Positions 23,301 to 34,409 of a DNA stretch of 61,665 nt are shown piece after piece. Source of the DNA: Nemertoderma westbladi (lineage: Eukaryota; Animalia; Xenacoelomorpha); contig JAUCBJ010003888.1 of the NCBI GenBank assembly GCA_032718475.1, positions 1-61,665 on the forward strand. The letters run 5' to 3'. The stretch's first letter is position 1. Every line of letters starts with the position of its first letter. Under the pieces are notes generated by a model that worked only from the letters and a program-made list of their open reading frames with translations, was not told where the DNA came from and did no database searches. The position numbers were made by a program, and so were the translations under genes.

Positions 23301-24598
23301 ATTATTCAGAGTTTATGCGATTATTCGCAACATTCATGTCCCCAAGTTTATTCCTACAGTAATTGTGTTTGTTACACAGACCGTTATAGTTAAATTAACC
23401 CCGGTACTACACGGGCTGCTTGGCGTAGGACAAGACTGGTGACTTTGTGCTTCGGTCACTCCAGCAGATGCTGTGGTTCTTTTAACTGTTCAAGTATATT
23501 TAACTACTGATTATTTGTTGTACCAGTACTTGTACCTAATTTAGGGTTTAGTGTACAGTGCTTTCCGAGGTAATTAGTGTGTAGGCAGTATATTTGTGTT
23601 GTAAAGTGGTTAATAGGCACGCTGGATCTGGTAGTCCGCGGTAATTAACTTCTAGGTAGGAACACTCCGTGATACATAACGTAGTACCTATAGCGATACG
23701 GTTATAGGTTGTCAGGCGGTGGTATTTTCCTATCTGGACAGTGCAATATATTTACTACTACTTATTATTTTCAAATACCGTAGTACCCTGTCCGTTGTAA
23801 TAACCAGAATTCTAACCCTTTGTTAGACTGGTTTGTAGAATTCCTGTAAAATTACCCTAAAAATTCGTACGTAATATTTTTGTTGTGTTTAATTAGAGAA
23901 TTAATCTCACCCGTATCGTAAGTAATTTGTAGTATTAAGTAACTTAGGTAAATTAGAATTATCAGTTTTAGTGTCAAATAAATAGCACTTCACTGAGAGC
24001 GCACAGCTTCTGTGTAGTGACCCCCCCAGAAATAATAACATTTATTTCAAATATTGACAAAACCCATTTTAAACGGGTATATATCTATTATAAATCAACT
24101 CAAACGATTTATAAATAGTAGGCCTGCCATACAACAACTAGGTCTCAAAATCAGTTGGACTACTGCTTAATAACGGTAACAAAGTAAGTTAAAGTAACCA
24201 AGTAACCCTAAAATATTCAGAAATTCAATTATTTTAAAATAATTGACATACCGGTATTTACCATAGGCTTATTATATTTATTTCTATAAATTTGAGCTGA
24301 AATCATACCGGTACTCTGTAATTAATTCTAGTTCATAATTATACTTATATATACTATAAGTGTAAGCTGTATACCGGTATTCACGATAGGCCTATTATAT
24401 ATTTATATATTTGTGCTAAAATCATATACCGGTACTCTGTGACAAACCTAGTTTACAATACTTATATATACTATAAGTGTATACCGGTATTCTAATATAC
24501 TGTAATAAATTACCGGTACTAGGCCAACGGTCATACTGAATTACTAGACTTGCTTTAACTGTAACTATAGCAGTAAGCATTCAACTGTATAGCTAAAC

Positions 24599-27500
24599 AT
24601 GTCTGACACTCAGCAAAACCTGTCAGACAGTCTAATCGATACAACCATCTGTGACACAGATAGGAGTGTGGAGCGATTAAGAAAGGAGTTCAGCTCACCT
24701 CCTACTGAAAGAAAGGTCATCCCTCCAGTAGTAGTATCAGACCCTAAGCTAATCCAACACCGTAGGTCTATCATCGGCACTCGGGCCCAAGTCAAACGGA
24801 ACCAGGAAGCAGCTGTCTCACAGCAGCAACAGCCTAGTCAAGAAACTTGTTCCCAGCGATCCGATAGCTCCAGTAATTCGGATACTGTCGAGCTGACCCC
24901 CGAACGCGGATTACAGATGGCGGCTAAAGCCTACTCGGACCCCCTTCTCACCCTTCCTGCCGCAGTGCTAACAACTATATTGATTGCGGTGGAGGAACAT
25001 CAAGCCGATTGGGTGAGAAATAAGCGAGCGACCCAAGATAATTATGCGGGATACGCCAGAGAAGAATTGATGTCTATTGTCGAGTCACAATGGAACTTTC
25101 CCGGACCCGGACTCCCGTTAGATCTGTCCGAGGCTACTTGGGAAGATATACACAGGATGGGAGTGGCTAAAGATACGATGGATCCAGCTGTTTGGAAGAG
25201 GTCGGCAGCAGGATATGTGCAGGGATTCTTCGGCTCCTTAGAGCGATTAGAAGAACAACTGTTTCGACAACCCCAAGGACCTCAAGAGCAGGAAGAACTG
25301 CTATATCAAGTACGCGAAAGAACCCTACGCATTCGACTAATCCTATCAGCTTTTGAGGAAACTTCCAAAAGAAGACAGGACACGTCGCTGCAGGTTTCTG
25401 TTAAGACTTGGTTCCAGCGGGTAGGTCTCAAAGTGCAAAAAACGGACCAGTGGAAATCCCAGCTGTCTGAGAGACTAACTTATGAAGAACCAACCGATGC
25501 CACCCTTTCTCAAGTGGAAGGCGAAGAGACCGCAGAGAAACCACGAACGAGAGACGCCATAGACATTTATCTGTCCGACTATCAGCGATTCCTAGGAGAC
25601 GAAGAGTTGAGGAGACGGCTGTCTGGACTTTCCCCTAATAGTGAAGGAACCCAGCGTGTGTTAGACTCAATCGATGCTGAAATGTTAGCTGCTAACCAAG
25701 CAGAATTTGATGAAAAACTCCGCCTCGCTAGAGTCCAAGAAGAACAAGTAAAGAAAAGACGGATAGAGGAACAAAAGGCGGCGGCTATGGCAGAAGCAGA
25801 AGCAGAAAGAAAGGCAGCGGCGGCAGAAGCAGAAGCAGAAAGAAAGGCAGCGGCGGCAGAAGCAGAAGCAGAAAGAAAAGCAGCAAAGGCAGCAGCGGCA
25901 GAAGCAGAAGCAGAAAGAAAGGCAGCGGCGGCAGAAGCAGAAGCAGAAAGAAAAGCAGCAAAGGCAGCAGCGGCAGAAGCAGAAGCAGAAAGAAAGGCAG
26001 CGGCGGCAGAAGCAAAGGCGGAAAGGGCAGTGGCAGAAGCAGAACGGAGAGCGTCTGAGCAGACTACCCAACTGGAGTTGGAAAATCTGCAAGAGACGCA
26101 AGACAACATAAATAAACAGTTAACTGCTAGTCAAATGCAGATGATGAGACGATCTACTCCCAAACGCCAGGGATACACATCATCGGAGGAAAGCGAAACC
26201 ACCGATCCTGAAGGCGGAGGAAATAGATCTCGTCTAAGCAGGCGTAGAAAAACATCTCACCGTCACAAATTGCCTGATTTGCCCCCAGCTGTTAGAAGAC
26301 AGCTAGCTAGCGCAGACTTAGGTAGTACGGAACCCATATACCAAACTATTCAGGTCAAAAGACTCCCTACAATAGTTGATGAGCCTGAAATAATTAGGCC
26401 TGTCGTTCCCAAAGTCACACCTGTGCTAGAAACCCCTGTACTTCCAGAGCTTAACTCTAAGTTCCCTTTACACAGTACTACACTGCCTGTACCCGGTAGA
26501 ACAGTCCATGAGAATATTCCTGTCCTGGAAGCTGAGAGAGAAATCAAAGATTTGTCTCCCGTCGTCCCACGTCAGCCCGCTACAATGTTGGCGACTCCCG
26601 CTTCGGCGGTCGAGTGGGTAGAAGAGGGACGGCGGGGGATGAATCTCTTGCTCAGACAGATGCAGGAGACTGTCTACCAACTTAAGGGAACAGTAAGGGA
26701 AAGTAGGGCCGAATTGCAAGAAGTGCAGCAAAGTATCGCGCTAGAACGCGACAAATTAGTCAATATCCAAAAGGGAATACCAATACCCCCTGTAAAATTG
26801 TGTCAACCTGTTAGGTCTGAAGTAGTACATGCGCAAGGTGTGGAGCCTACACGCATCTATACTGCTAGTGAAGTAGAAACTCCTATAGCAAACCCTATTA
26901 AGGGTGATTATAGACCTGTTATTAATGATATCCCTTATAGACCTGACAATGATCCGAGAAATTTATATACCGATAATTCGATATTAAATAACACGATGGC
27001 CCAAGAAAGCTTTACGCGTCAGATGGCTAGAACAGAAGCCCGCCAAGCGGTCAAAGTGGGAGAGATCGTCAAATTCAATGGAGATGAGATGAAATGGTTA
27101 CCTTTCAACGAATATTACAAAGATAGCATACAAAACTCTGTACTATCTAACGGAGAGAAACTTAGGTTCCTCATCAAGTGCTTGGAAGGACCTCCCAGGT
27201 TAATGGCGTTAAAGTTTATTGGACATCCAGATGGATTAAGACAAGTTTGGGATACATTAAACATCAGGTATGGTAACAAGGATAACATAGCTAAGTATTT
27301 GTATGCAAAATTAGTAGCCCCCCGACACTTCCTTAGTAGCGGGATTATAGAGTTTTCCGATGAAATTCAGGAGATCTGTAGACAATTGGACTGGTTAGGT
27401 AAGTCTCATGAATATCAGAGTTCCATGGTTATTGGAGCCATAGTCTCTACTTTACCAAAGGGTGGAGTATGTACACGCTGGGACAAGAAAGTGTTGTACA

Positions 27501-28360
27501 TGAATGAACAACAACGACGAAGTCCTACCATGGCTGATCTCATGTCCTTCTTAGATGGTGAGGTAAAACTACAACTCATCAAGCAGTCCAGAGAGAAAAC
27601 ATCGGAAAATAAGGTAAGTGAGAAACCCGCTTCTAGGAGAAGAGTAACACCGGTGTGTTACACTGACGACGGCGAAAGCCAAGCTTCTCAAGAAGAGGAC
27701 AGCGGGAAAGACACTGAGAGATCTTACTACGTTGACAAAACCTCAAAAGATGTAAGTAAATACAAGGCTCGAAACAACGATAGGAGAGAACAGGTTGCCA
27801 AGACCCCCCCTCAGTCTCCTAACAGAATGCACCGAAGAAAACCCGAAGAAAAAACGAGAGTGCATCAAGTTACCCAAGGTAAAGAGAGTAACATAAAACC
27901 TAACTGTGCGTTGTGCGACGGGACCCACCGTTTGAGTGCGTGTGCTGAATTTCTAAAGAAATCCCTTGTAGACAGACGTGCAGTCGTATGGGACAAGCGG
28001 TTATGCTATAATTGCCTCAGACCAGGACACCAACGGCGAACCTGTTACTCCGATATAAAGTGTGCAAAGTGTGGCGCGAAACATCACATCTTGTTACACA
28101 GTGAGTTCGAACGAGACAAACTGAGTCAGGTAAGTGAGCCCGAACTACATGTCCAATTCAGTGATGTAAACGACACTGATCAAGAATCTGAGATGGAAGG
28201 ATTCTATACTGACGAATTCTCCGACGCCAACGAATCCTGTTATCTAATCAATACCGCAGTGTATCGAGCACTTACTTATGAAAAGGACACCAACGATGAG
28301 TTTTCCCCAACTACTTTTGCCAAACAACCATCTTGGAAAGCTCCAACTTCCAACGTATGA
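24599..28360 (+). CDS. BEL/Pao Gag (1253 aa) of el2
   Basis: KFNGDEMKWLPF capsid-region motif, three BEL zinc knuckles, and an (AEAEAERKAAA)n repeat. Ends at an in-frame TGA where el3 has GGA. Confidence 0.92.
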   Translation: MSDTQQNLSDSLIDTTICDTDRSVERLRKEFSSPPTERKVIPPVVVSDPKLIQHRRSIIGTRAQVKRNQEAAVSQQQQPSQETCSQRSDSSSNSDTVELTPERGLQMAAKAYSDPLLTLPAAVLTTILIAVEEHQADWVRNKRATQDNYAGYAREELMSIVESQWNFPGPGLPLDLSEATWEDIHRMGVAKDTMDPAVWKRSAAGYVQGFFGSLERLEEQLFRQPQGPQEQEELLYQVRERTLRIRLILSAFEETSKRRQDTSLQVSVKTWFQRVGLKVQKTDQWKSQLSERLTYEEPTDATLSQVEGEETAEKPRTRDAIDIYLSDYQRFLGDEELRRRLSGLSPNSEGTQRVLDSIDAEMLAANQAEFDEKLRLARVQEEQVKKRRIEEQKAAAMAEAEAERKAAAAEAEAERKAAAAEAEAERKAAKAAAAEAEAERKAAAAEAEAERKAAKAAAAEAEAERKAAAAEAKAERAVAEAERRASEQTTQLELENLQETQDNINKQLTASQMQMMRRSTPKRQGYTSSEESETTDPEGGGNRSRLSRRRKTSHRHKLPDLPPAVRRQLASADLGSTEPIYQTIQVKRLPTIVDEPEIIRPVVPKVTPVLETPVLPELNSKFPLHSTTLPVPGRTVHENIPVLEAEREIKDLSPVVPRQPATMLATPASAVEWVEEGRRGMNLLLRQMQETVYQLKGTVRESRAELQEVQQSIALERDKLVNIQKGIPIPPVKLCQPVRSEVVHAQGVEPTRIYTASEVETPIANPIKGDYRPVINDIPYRPDNDPRNLYTDNSILNNTMAQESFTRQMARTEARQAVKVGEIVKFNGDEMKWLPFNEYYKDSIQNSVLSNGEKLRFLIKCLEGPPRLMALKFIGHPDGLRQVWDTLNIRYGNKDNIAKYLYAKLVAPRHFLSSGIIEFSDEIQEICRQLDWLGKSHEYQSSMVIGAIVSTLPKGGVCTRWDKKVLYMNEQQRRSPTMADLMSFLDGEVKLQLIKQSREKTSENKVSEKPASRRRVTPVCYTDDGESQASQEEDSGKDTERSYYVDKTSKDVSKYKARNNDRREQVAKTPPQSPNRMHRRKPEEKTRVHQVTQGKESNIKPNCALCDGTHRLSACAEFLKKSLVDRRAVVWDKRLCYNCLRPGHQRRTCYSDIKCAKCGAKHHILLHSEFERDKLSQVSEPELHVQFSDVNDTDQESEMEGFYTDEFSDANESCYLINTAVYRALTYEKDTNDEFSPTTFAKQPSWKAPTSNV

Positions 28361-28378
28361 ATCAGAGAATTTCCTGTA

Positions 28379-31300
28379 GTGCAGGTAAGAGTGCACGGGC
28401 TTAACAAAAGTTACATAGTGAACGCCCTCCTTGACTCCGGCAGCGCAGGAACATTCATCGATCAAGAACTAGCCGAAGATATCTTTGCTGGACAACCCAA
28501 GTTCCGGACTAAATTGAATATGTCAGGAATTATGCAGGTTTGGAAATCTACCCTAACGGCAGATTACTATGTAGGTGTGTTGTCCACCCCCCAGGATAAG
28601 TTAGGAGCACAGGGTATAAGGTCGGTAAAAATGGTGGCTATAAAGAACTTCGCTACTACTCAAGCAGACCTTTATAATTGGGACGAGGATGAGAGCATCC
28701 AACATCTTAAGATACCTCGATTCCAGACAGATTATCCTGGAGTGCAAATACTCATCGGCCAAAACGCGCATGAAGCGCTCGAAACATTGGAGAAACGGCC
28801 TGCTCAACCACAACCACTGCAAACCTATGCGGTAAGAACTAGAGTAGGTTGGTACTTTACTGGCCCTTCCCGCAGGACTCTCGCAGAGAGAATGCCACAA
28901 GAACAAACATACCAAGTAAACGATTGGGAAGTGGAGAGCAGTGAGGTGGACGAACTAACTGAGGGAATACCATACTCCTCAGATAATGACGACATCTACC
29001 AACTCTTCGATGAAGAGAACACAATCGACCTACTTACAGAAAACCAAACTTGGAAAAATCAGGTGAACCTATGTCAACTGATTCGCCCATCGGAACCCAT
29101 CGCTTACAATGACGAACTAAATGATGAGATAGAACGCTACAACGCTAGAACTCGGGATGAACTAGCCGTACGATTCTTTACTCAGGAACTGGTAGAGCCC
29201 AATTCATATGATAAGGCTCTATCGATAGAAGAAGAAAGAGCCAAGCAAATCCAGGAAACAACTACACGTTTTTTAAAAGACCAAGGTAGATATGAAATCG
29301 GCCTACCATTTCGAAAACGAGAACCTAGATTTATAAATAACAGACCTTTGGCAGAGAAAAGAATCACTCAATTACATCGACGACTTACAGCTAATGCTTC
29401 AGCGAAAGAAATGTACCAAACTCAGCTGAAGAAATTTATAACAAAGGGATACGCGGAGCGAGTACCGGAAGGAACACCAGTGACTGAGAGAACGTATTAC
29501 TTAACACATCATTACGTTCCCAAACCCGGTAAACCACACGAAGTACGAGTCGTATTCGATGGCTCCGCCCTATATATGGGCCAATCCCTCAATTCCGAGT
29601 TGTTACCAGGACCCAACTTACTCCAATCTTTGTTGGGAATACTTTTAAGATTAAGACAATATTCCATCGCGTTCGCCTCAGATATAGAAGGAATGTTCTT
29701 ACAAGTCAAGGCGCTGGATAGAGATAGAGACAGCCTGAGATTTCTGTGGTGGCCTGAAGGAGACCTCAATCAGAAACCGGTAGAATACTGGATGACCATC
29801 CAGGCTTTTGGAATCATATCAAGCCCTTCCAACGCCTGCTCCGTGGTGCGAACCACTGCGAATGACAACCGAGACTCCTTCTCAAAAGAAGTGATAGACA
29901 ACATAAAACGCAATATATACATGGATGATAATTTAAGGTCCCTTCCATCAGTAGAAGAAGCCATAGCTGTCGCGAAAGGAACGGTAGAGTGTTTGAAAAG
30001 AGGTGGATTTCGACTGACGAAATTCACTAGCAACTCCCGTGAGTTTCTGGAAGCCATACCGGTAGAAGACCGAGGAACGAAAGACCTAGACTTAATAAAG
30101 GACGATCTTCCTGAAACCAAGACGCTAGGCTTGAAGTGGGACACTGAAAGAGACATCCTGTTTTTTCAGTTAAAACAGCGAGATAATCCAGTTCGGACCA
30201 AACGGATTTGTTTAAGCATCCTGAGCACTTATTTCGACCCATTGGGATTTATTAGCCCAGTTATATTGATTGCTCGGAGTTTAGTACAACAAATGTGGCT
30301 TGAAAACCACTCATGGGACGATCCGCTTAAGGGGGAATTGTTAAAGAAATGGATGAAATGGGAAGATTCTCTACCTGCCATCGAGAACTTTATAATTTCC
30401 CGTACCTATTTTGGCCATGTTCTTCCTACGTATTCCTATCAACTCCATGTGTTTGGAGATGCCAGCGACATGGGAATAGGTATAGTAGCATATCTGCGAG
30501 TCGAAACTCCGGATGGAATCAAAGTCGCCTTGGTTACCTCTAAGGCATTGATTAACAACAAGTTAAAGATTCCTCGAGCGGAGTTAAAGGCGGCTTTATA
30601 CGCTACAGCCATCGGCCGGAACGTAACGGAACAAATCGACTATCCACTGGAGAAAACGGTTTATTGGACCGACGCTTTACTCGTGTTGGAGTATCTAACC
30701 AATGAAGTCTGTCAGTTCAGCGTTTTTGTTACTAACAGAGTAGCTATTATTCTTAGTCGCACAAAGATAGATCAATGGAGACATTGCCCTGGTACGATTA
30801 ATCCAGCCGATATCGCCTCCAGGGGAGCAACTCCACAGGAACTGATAGATACTCCAGATTGGTTGGGTGGACCCGACTTCCTGAGCAAGGAAGAGGATGA
30901 ATGGCCTCCTCACCTTACTACGGCAGAGATTAGACAAGCCAAGGGAGCGGAGACAGTCAAACCTAAAACCCGGGCGAGTAAATCGAAGTTATTTAAACCG
31001 ACTATCGATATATCTGTATTACATACTTCCGGGAATGATGCTTCGGATCCACAATCCCTCAACACAAATAAGTCTGTTATGGAAATTAGAGATAGAGATT
31101 GGAAATCTGGAATACCAGACGTCTCGCAAGGAATCTCACCCATGCTGCAGAGAGCAATGCATCATTACAGTTCCTGGAATCGGCTTTGTAAAGCCGTCAC
31201 ATATTTAAGACGATGTTTTCATCATCACTACTCCAGGACGAAGACCACTAGTGATCACGCTCCATTGACATCTGCACAAGTTCATGTTATTAAGAATTTA

Positions 31301-32209
31301 CCCAAATATAAGACATCTGATCGTTTTCTAAAGGAGAAAATTAGTCACCAGGAGCATGAAGAAACAAATAAGCAGATACTGAGACTCCTGCAATGCTATG
31401 AGGATTCCGAAAAGTATTTCCTGTTGTTGAGAAATCCGCAGATGCGCTTAAGGGATCGATTCTCGAGCACAATGATAGATGGGTTAATACGTGTTGGAGG
31501 AAGACTCACCAATGCGCCCTTATCCTTTGACACCAAATTCCCCATACTTATTAGAAATCTTGAAGTACAAATCAAGATGATTGTAGACGTTCACGGTAAA
31601 CTTTATCATGCTGGTAGAGAACGAATTCTTAGCGAAATTCGAACTCGCTATTATTTTGATAAACCCCGTAGAGCTCTGAACCAAGTTCTTAGGAACTGCA
31701 TACCCTGTAGGAAAGCATTCAGTAGGCCTTTAACACAGCGAGAGGCAGAATTACCTAGGGAACGAGTAAGCTTCTATGAACCACCTTTTACTAATACTGG
31801 TGTAGATTTATTTGGCCCTATTGAAGTATATCGTGCTAGGACTATAGTCAAGAGATGGTGTGTCATCTTCGTGTGCATGACTTGTAGAGCCATCCATCTC
31901 GATATGGTGAACGATCTATCTACCAACAGCTTCGTCTTAAGTTTACGACGACAGATCGCTCGCTTCGGGACGAGTAATACCATGAGATCGGATAAGGGAA
32001 CGAACTTCATTGGTGCCAACAACAAAATACAGGCTTATGTGAAGGACTGGAACCAAAGACAGGTGGACGACCAGCTAAGGATAACAGCGTCTAGCTGGAC
32101 CTTCAACGCCGCCGACGCCCCTTGGTGGGGAGGAAGTTGGGAGAGATTAATTCGAAGTGTCAAAACCGCATTTCACTTTATAGTGCCGACGAACTTTTGC
32201 GGACGTTAA
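28379..32209 (+). CDS. BEL/Pao Pol (PR-RT-RNase H-IN) of el2, in frame with Gag
   Basis: LLDSGS protease, YMDD RT, LHVFGDASD RNase H, IN H-H-C-C, GVDLFGP, SDKGTNF and GGSWERL. Confidence 0.95.
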   Translation: MQVRVHGLNKSYIVNALLDSGSAGTFIDQELAEDIFAGQPKFRTKLNMSGIMQVWKSTLTADYYVGVLSTPQDKLGAQGIRSVKMVAIKNFATTQADLYNWDEDESIQHLKIPRFQTDYPGVQILIGQNAHEALETLEKRPAQPQPLQTYAVRTRVGWYFTGPSRRTLAERMPQEQTYQVNDWEVESSEVDELTEGIPYSSDNDDIYQLFDEENTIDLLTENQTWKNQVNLCQLIRPSEPIAYNDELNDEIERYNARTRDELAVRFFTQELVEPNSYDKALSIEEERAKQIQETTTRFLKDQGRYEIGLPFRKREPRFINNRPLAEKRITQLHRRLTANASAKEMYQTQLKKFITKGYAERVPEGTPVTERTYYLTHHYVPKPGKPHEVRVVFDGSALYMGQSLNSELLPGPNLLQSLLGILLRLRQYSIAFASDIEGMFLQVKALDRDRDSLRFLWWPEGDLNQKPVEYWMTIQAFGIISSPSNACSVVRTTANDNRDSFSKEVIDNIKRNIYMDDNLRSLPSVEEAIAVAKGTVECLKRGGFRLTKFTSNSREFLEAIPVEDRGTKDLDLIKDDLPETKTLGLKWDTERDILFFQLKQRDNPVRTKRICLSILSTYFDPLGFISPVILIARSLVQQMWLENHSWDDPLKGELLKKWMKWEDSLPAIENFIISRTYFGHVLPTYSYQLHVFGDASDMGIGIVAYLRVETPDGIKVALVTSKALINNKLKIPRAELKAALYATAIGRNVTEQIDYPLEKTVYWTDALLVLEYLTNEVCQFSVFVTNRVAIILSRTKIDQWRHCPGTINPADIASRGATPQELIDTPDWLGGPDFLSKEEDEWPPHLTTAEIRQAKGAETVKPKTRASKSKLFKPTIDISVLHTSGNDASDPQSLNTNKSVMEIRDRDWKSGIPDVSQGISPMLQRAMHHYSSWNRLCKAVTYLRRCFHHHYSRTKTTSDHAPLTSAQVHVIKNLPKYKTSDRFLKEKISHQEHEETNKQILRLLQCYEDSEKYFLLLRNPQMRLRDRFSSTMIDGLIRVGGRLTNAPLSFDTKFPILIRNLEVQIKMIVDVHGKLYHAGRERILSEIRTRYYFDKPRRALNQVLRNCIPCRKAFSRPLTQREAELPRERVSFYEPPFTNTGVDLFGPIEVYRARTIVKRWCVIFVCMTCRAIHLDMVNDLSTNSFVLSLRRQIARFGTSNTMRSDKGTNFIGANNKIQAYVKDWNQRQVDDQLRITASSWTFNAADAPWWGGSWERLIRSVKTAFHFIVPTNFCGR

Positions 32210-32784
32210 TGGAGGAAATAGCTGCCTACCTCAACGAGAGACCGCTTATGCCAGTCTCATCGAGTCCCGATTCCCTGGAAGCGCTAACACCCGCGCATTT
32301 CCTACTGAAGAAACCTGTAGCCATGCTCCCACGATCGGAGATTGCCGACGGAGACGAATACTGCCGTCGAACTTGGCAACTTATGCAGTTGCTATCCCGT
32401 CGTTTCGCTGACCATTTCGAGAAACATTATCTGCCCACGCTACAACTTCGAACTAAGTGGTTTGCGCAGCAAGAAAACGTCAGCGCCGGAGATATGGTGC
32501 TTATTGTAGATCCAGACCTCCCACGTAAACGGTGGCAGACAGGTCGTATCATCGAGACCCACATCTCAGATGATGGTTTAGTACGCTCGGTAGAACTCAT
32601 CGTCATGCGGCGTAACTTCAAGAAGCCAGGCATAATCTTTGAGACGCAACAACTCAATCGCCCAGTTGGTCGTTTATGTTTACTGGAAAGAGACAGAGAA
32701 CTCTCTGGAAACTATGGAAGGCAGGACACTCTTCCCACGACCACCTCCCTAATTCCTCAAACATCTAGGGACTCCCTAACGTGA
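32122..32784 (+). pseudogene. Integrase C-terminal part of el2 after a frameshift
   Basis: LNERPL, LTPAHFL, YLPTLQLRTKW, GDMVLI and DGLVRSV are BEL IN C-terminal motifs; the frame break is near 32185. Confidence 0.9.
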
Positions 32785-34212
32785 TATGTCTGGAGTGGGT
32801 GTATGACTATATTCTTTTATCTATTTTATTATATTTTTATATGCGAACTTTATTATGTACTTTATTATAATCGTTTTTATTCAATTTTATTTAGTAAAAT
32901 GTTATTTAGTGATTATTTAGTAGATTAGTGCAATATATTAGTGTTTATTACGTACGTAATTACTTATAATATATTTAGTGCGACGGCGAGAAATAATTAT
33001 TTTTTCTCTTTCCTTACTGTCCGTATCATATTGTAAATACGTGACTACAGTAAGATGAAATGTCCGTACTTAGTAAAGTACAATAAAGCCACTACTATAT
33101 TCAAGTATTATTGGTAGGCAGAGTATTAGGAATGCAAAGTTCAGATCCTCGTGTCTTGGCTAAACCAAGCTCTGGGTAGACCTTGGAAACGACTTGCCTC
33201 TTCACACTGACATTGCTTCGTGCGATATTGCTCTTCTACCTTATATTAAATAATACATATAGTAGCGTGATGTCCATATAACAGTAGCGTAAAACGCAAA
33301 TAAATCTGTTAAACCTTTTGACCATCTGTAATTCTAGTCGATTAAGATATCGCGGCACCCACCGATATACTTGAAAGACAAATTCTAGAATCAGTGGTTA
33401 ACGTCCCCAGACAAGTTCTGGAATAAATCGGTGCCCATCTTAAATATTAATTTAATATTTATTAAAATCTGTAAAATTCAGATCCTTTAAATTTCTAGTC
33501 AATTAAGATATCGCAGCACTTACCGATACTCTTAAAAGACAATTTCCATAGAATTAAGGATCCTATGTCCCCAGACCTGCTCTGGAATCAAATTGTGTCA
33601 ATTTTAACATCAAATAATAAAATTCACGGGAATAAATTTAAATTCATATTTTAAATGAATTTCATAAATTGTCATTTTGTACAATTTATAACATTCCCAA
33701 AATTCCATTAATTAATAGATCATGGGAGCGGAGATTCATCCTATTGAGTGTATTAGAGTGCGAGAATCTCCAACATATAGTCAATAGCCGATAAAATTAA
33801 TAAAATCATGCATAAAGAGGATATTGACAATTAAAGAATTATTATTAAATAGCATCCCAGATCTGTATGCATGAGAATTACCCTAATTCTACCGCTAGCA
33901 TTCCATAATGTCACCATAGCAACACCCACGCTAGAATTAGAAGCAAGTTAAAAGAACAATAGAAAGCTTGTCCCATTGCGTAGCATAGAGAATATATAGC
34001 ACACTGTTAGTATCCAAGGATACACAGTAATAACGTGACATTCTGGAAGGCACTGACTAACGGACAAATGGCCTGTATGTGTACAATTGGTGACAGTTGT
34101 GTGGAATTTGTGCGTTTATAGGTGAATGTTACTGCTAAAGTATGTTTACAGTAGCTAGTCGCAATTGTAAAAGTAGCCCAACTCTCCTATAGAAAGAACC
34201 TAAGTGGATCCA

Positions 34213-34366
34213 AGCCTTTGGGACGGACAGTGGAGTGACTTGTGCCGGTTATCGTTGTCGTGCTGTTGCTACATGTTGGCGTAAACACCGCGACGACGGT
34301 ACATCGGCACTGAGAATCCCACTGTCCGGGGGCAAAGAGAAGTAGGCAGCGACGCCCGCTCGCCTA
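34213..34366 (+). other. Conserved structured RNA upstream of el2 ORF3
   Basis: Nested stems GGACAGTGG/CCACTGTCC, GTGCCG/CGGCAC and TATCGTTGTCG/CGACGACGGTA, then hairpin TAGGC-AGCG/CGCT-C-GCCTA. Covaries with 48785-48941. Confidence 0.8.
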
Positions 34367-34409
34367 AAATATAAACTTATTTGGATATTAATAAACTCAG
34401 ATAGCAGAT

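Noticed and set aside
25582-26109. Antisense Ala/Ser-, Cys/Phe- and Leu/Pro-rich ORFs (also 43326-43781)
   Set aside because: Shadow frames of the gag minisatellite.
28358-28360. Programmed stop-codon readthrough between gag and pol in el2
   Set aside because: The TGA sits at the Gag/PR boundary and is in frame, but el3 has GGA and el1 has Gly in this motif, and BEL elements normally have one ORF. A nonsense mutation is the simplest explanation unless other copies share it.
34225-34327. Hammerhead, HDV-like ribozyme or SECIS in the ORF3 hairpin
   Set aside because: CTGAGGA occurs only in el3 and lacks a correctly placed GAAA/stem III. There is no HDV P2-P3 nesting, and the helix above the GA/GA loop is too long for a SECIS.
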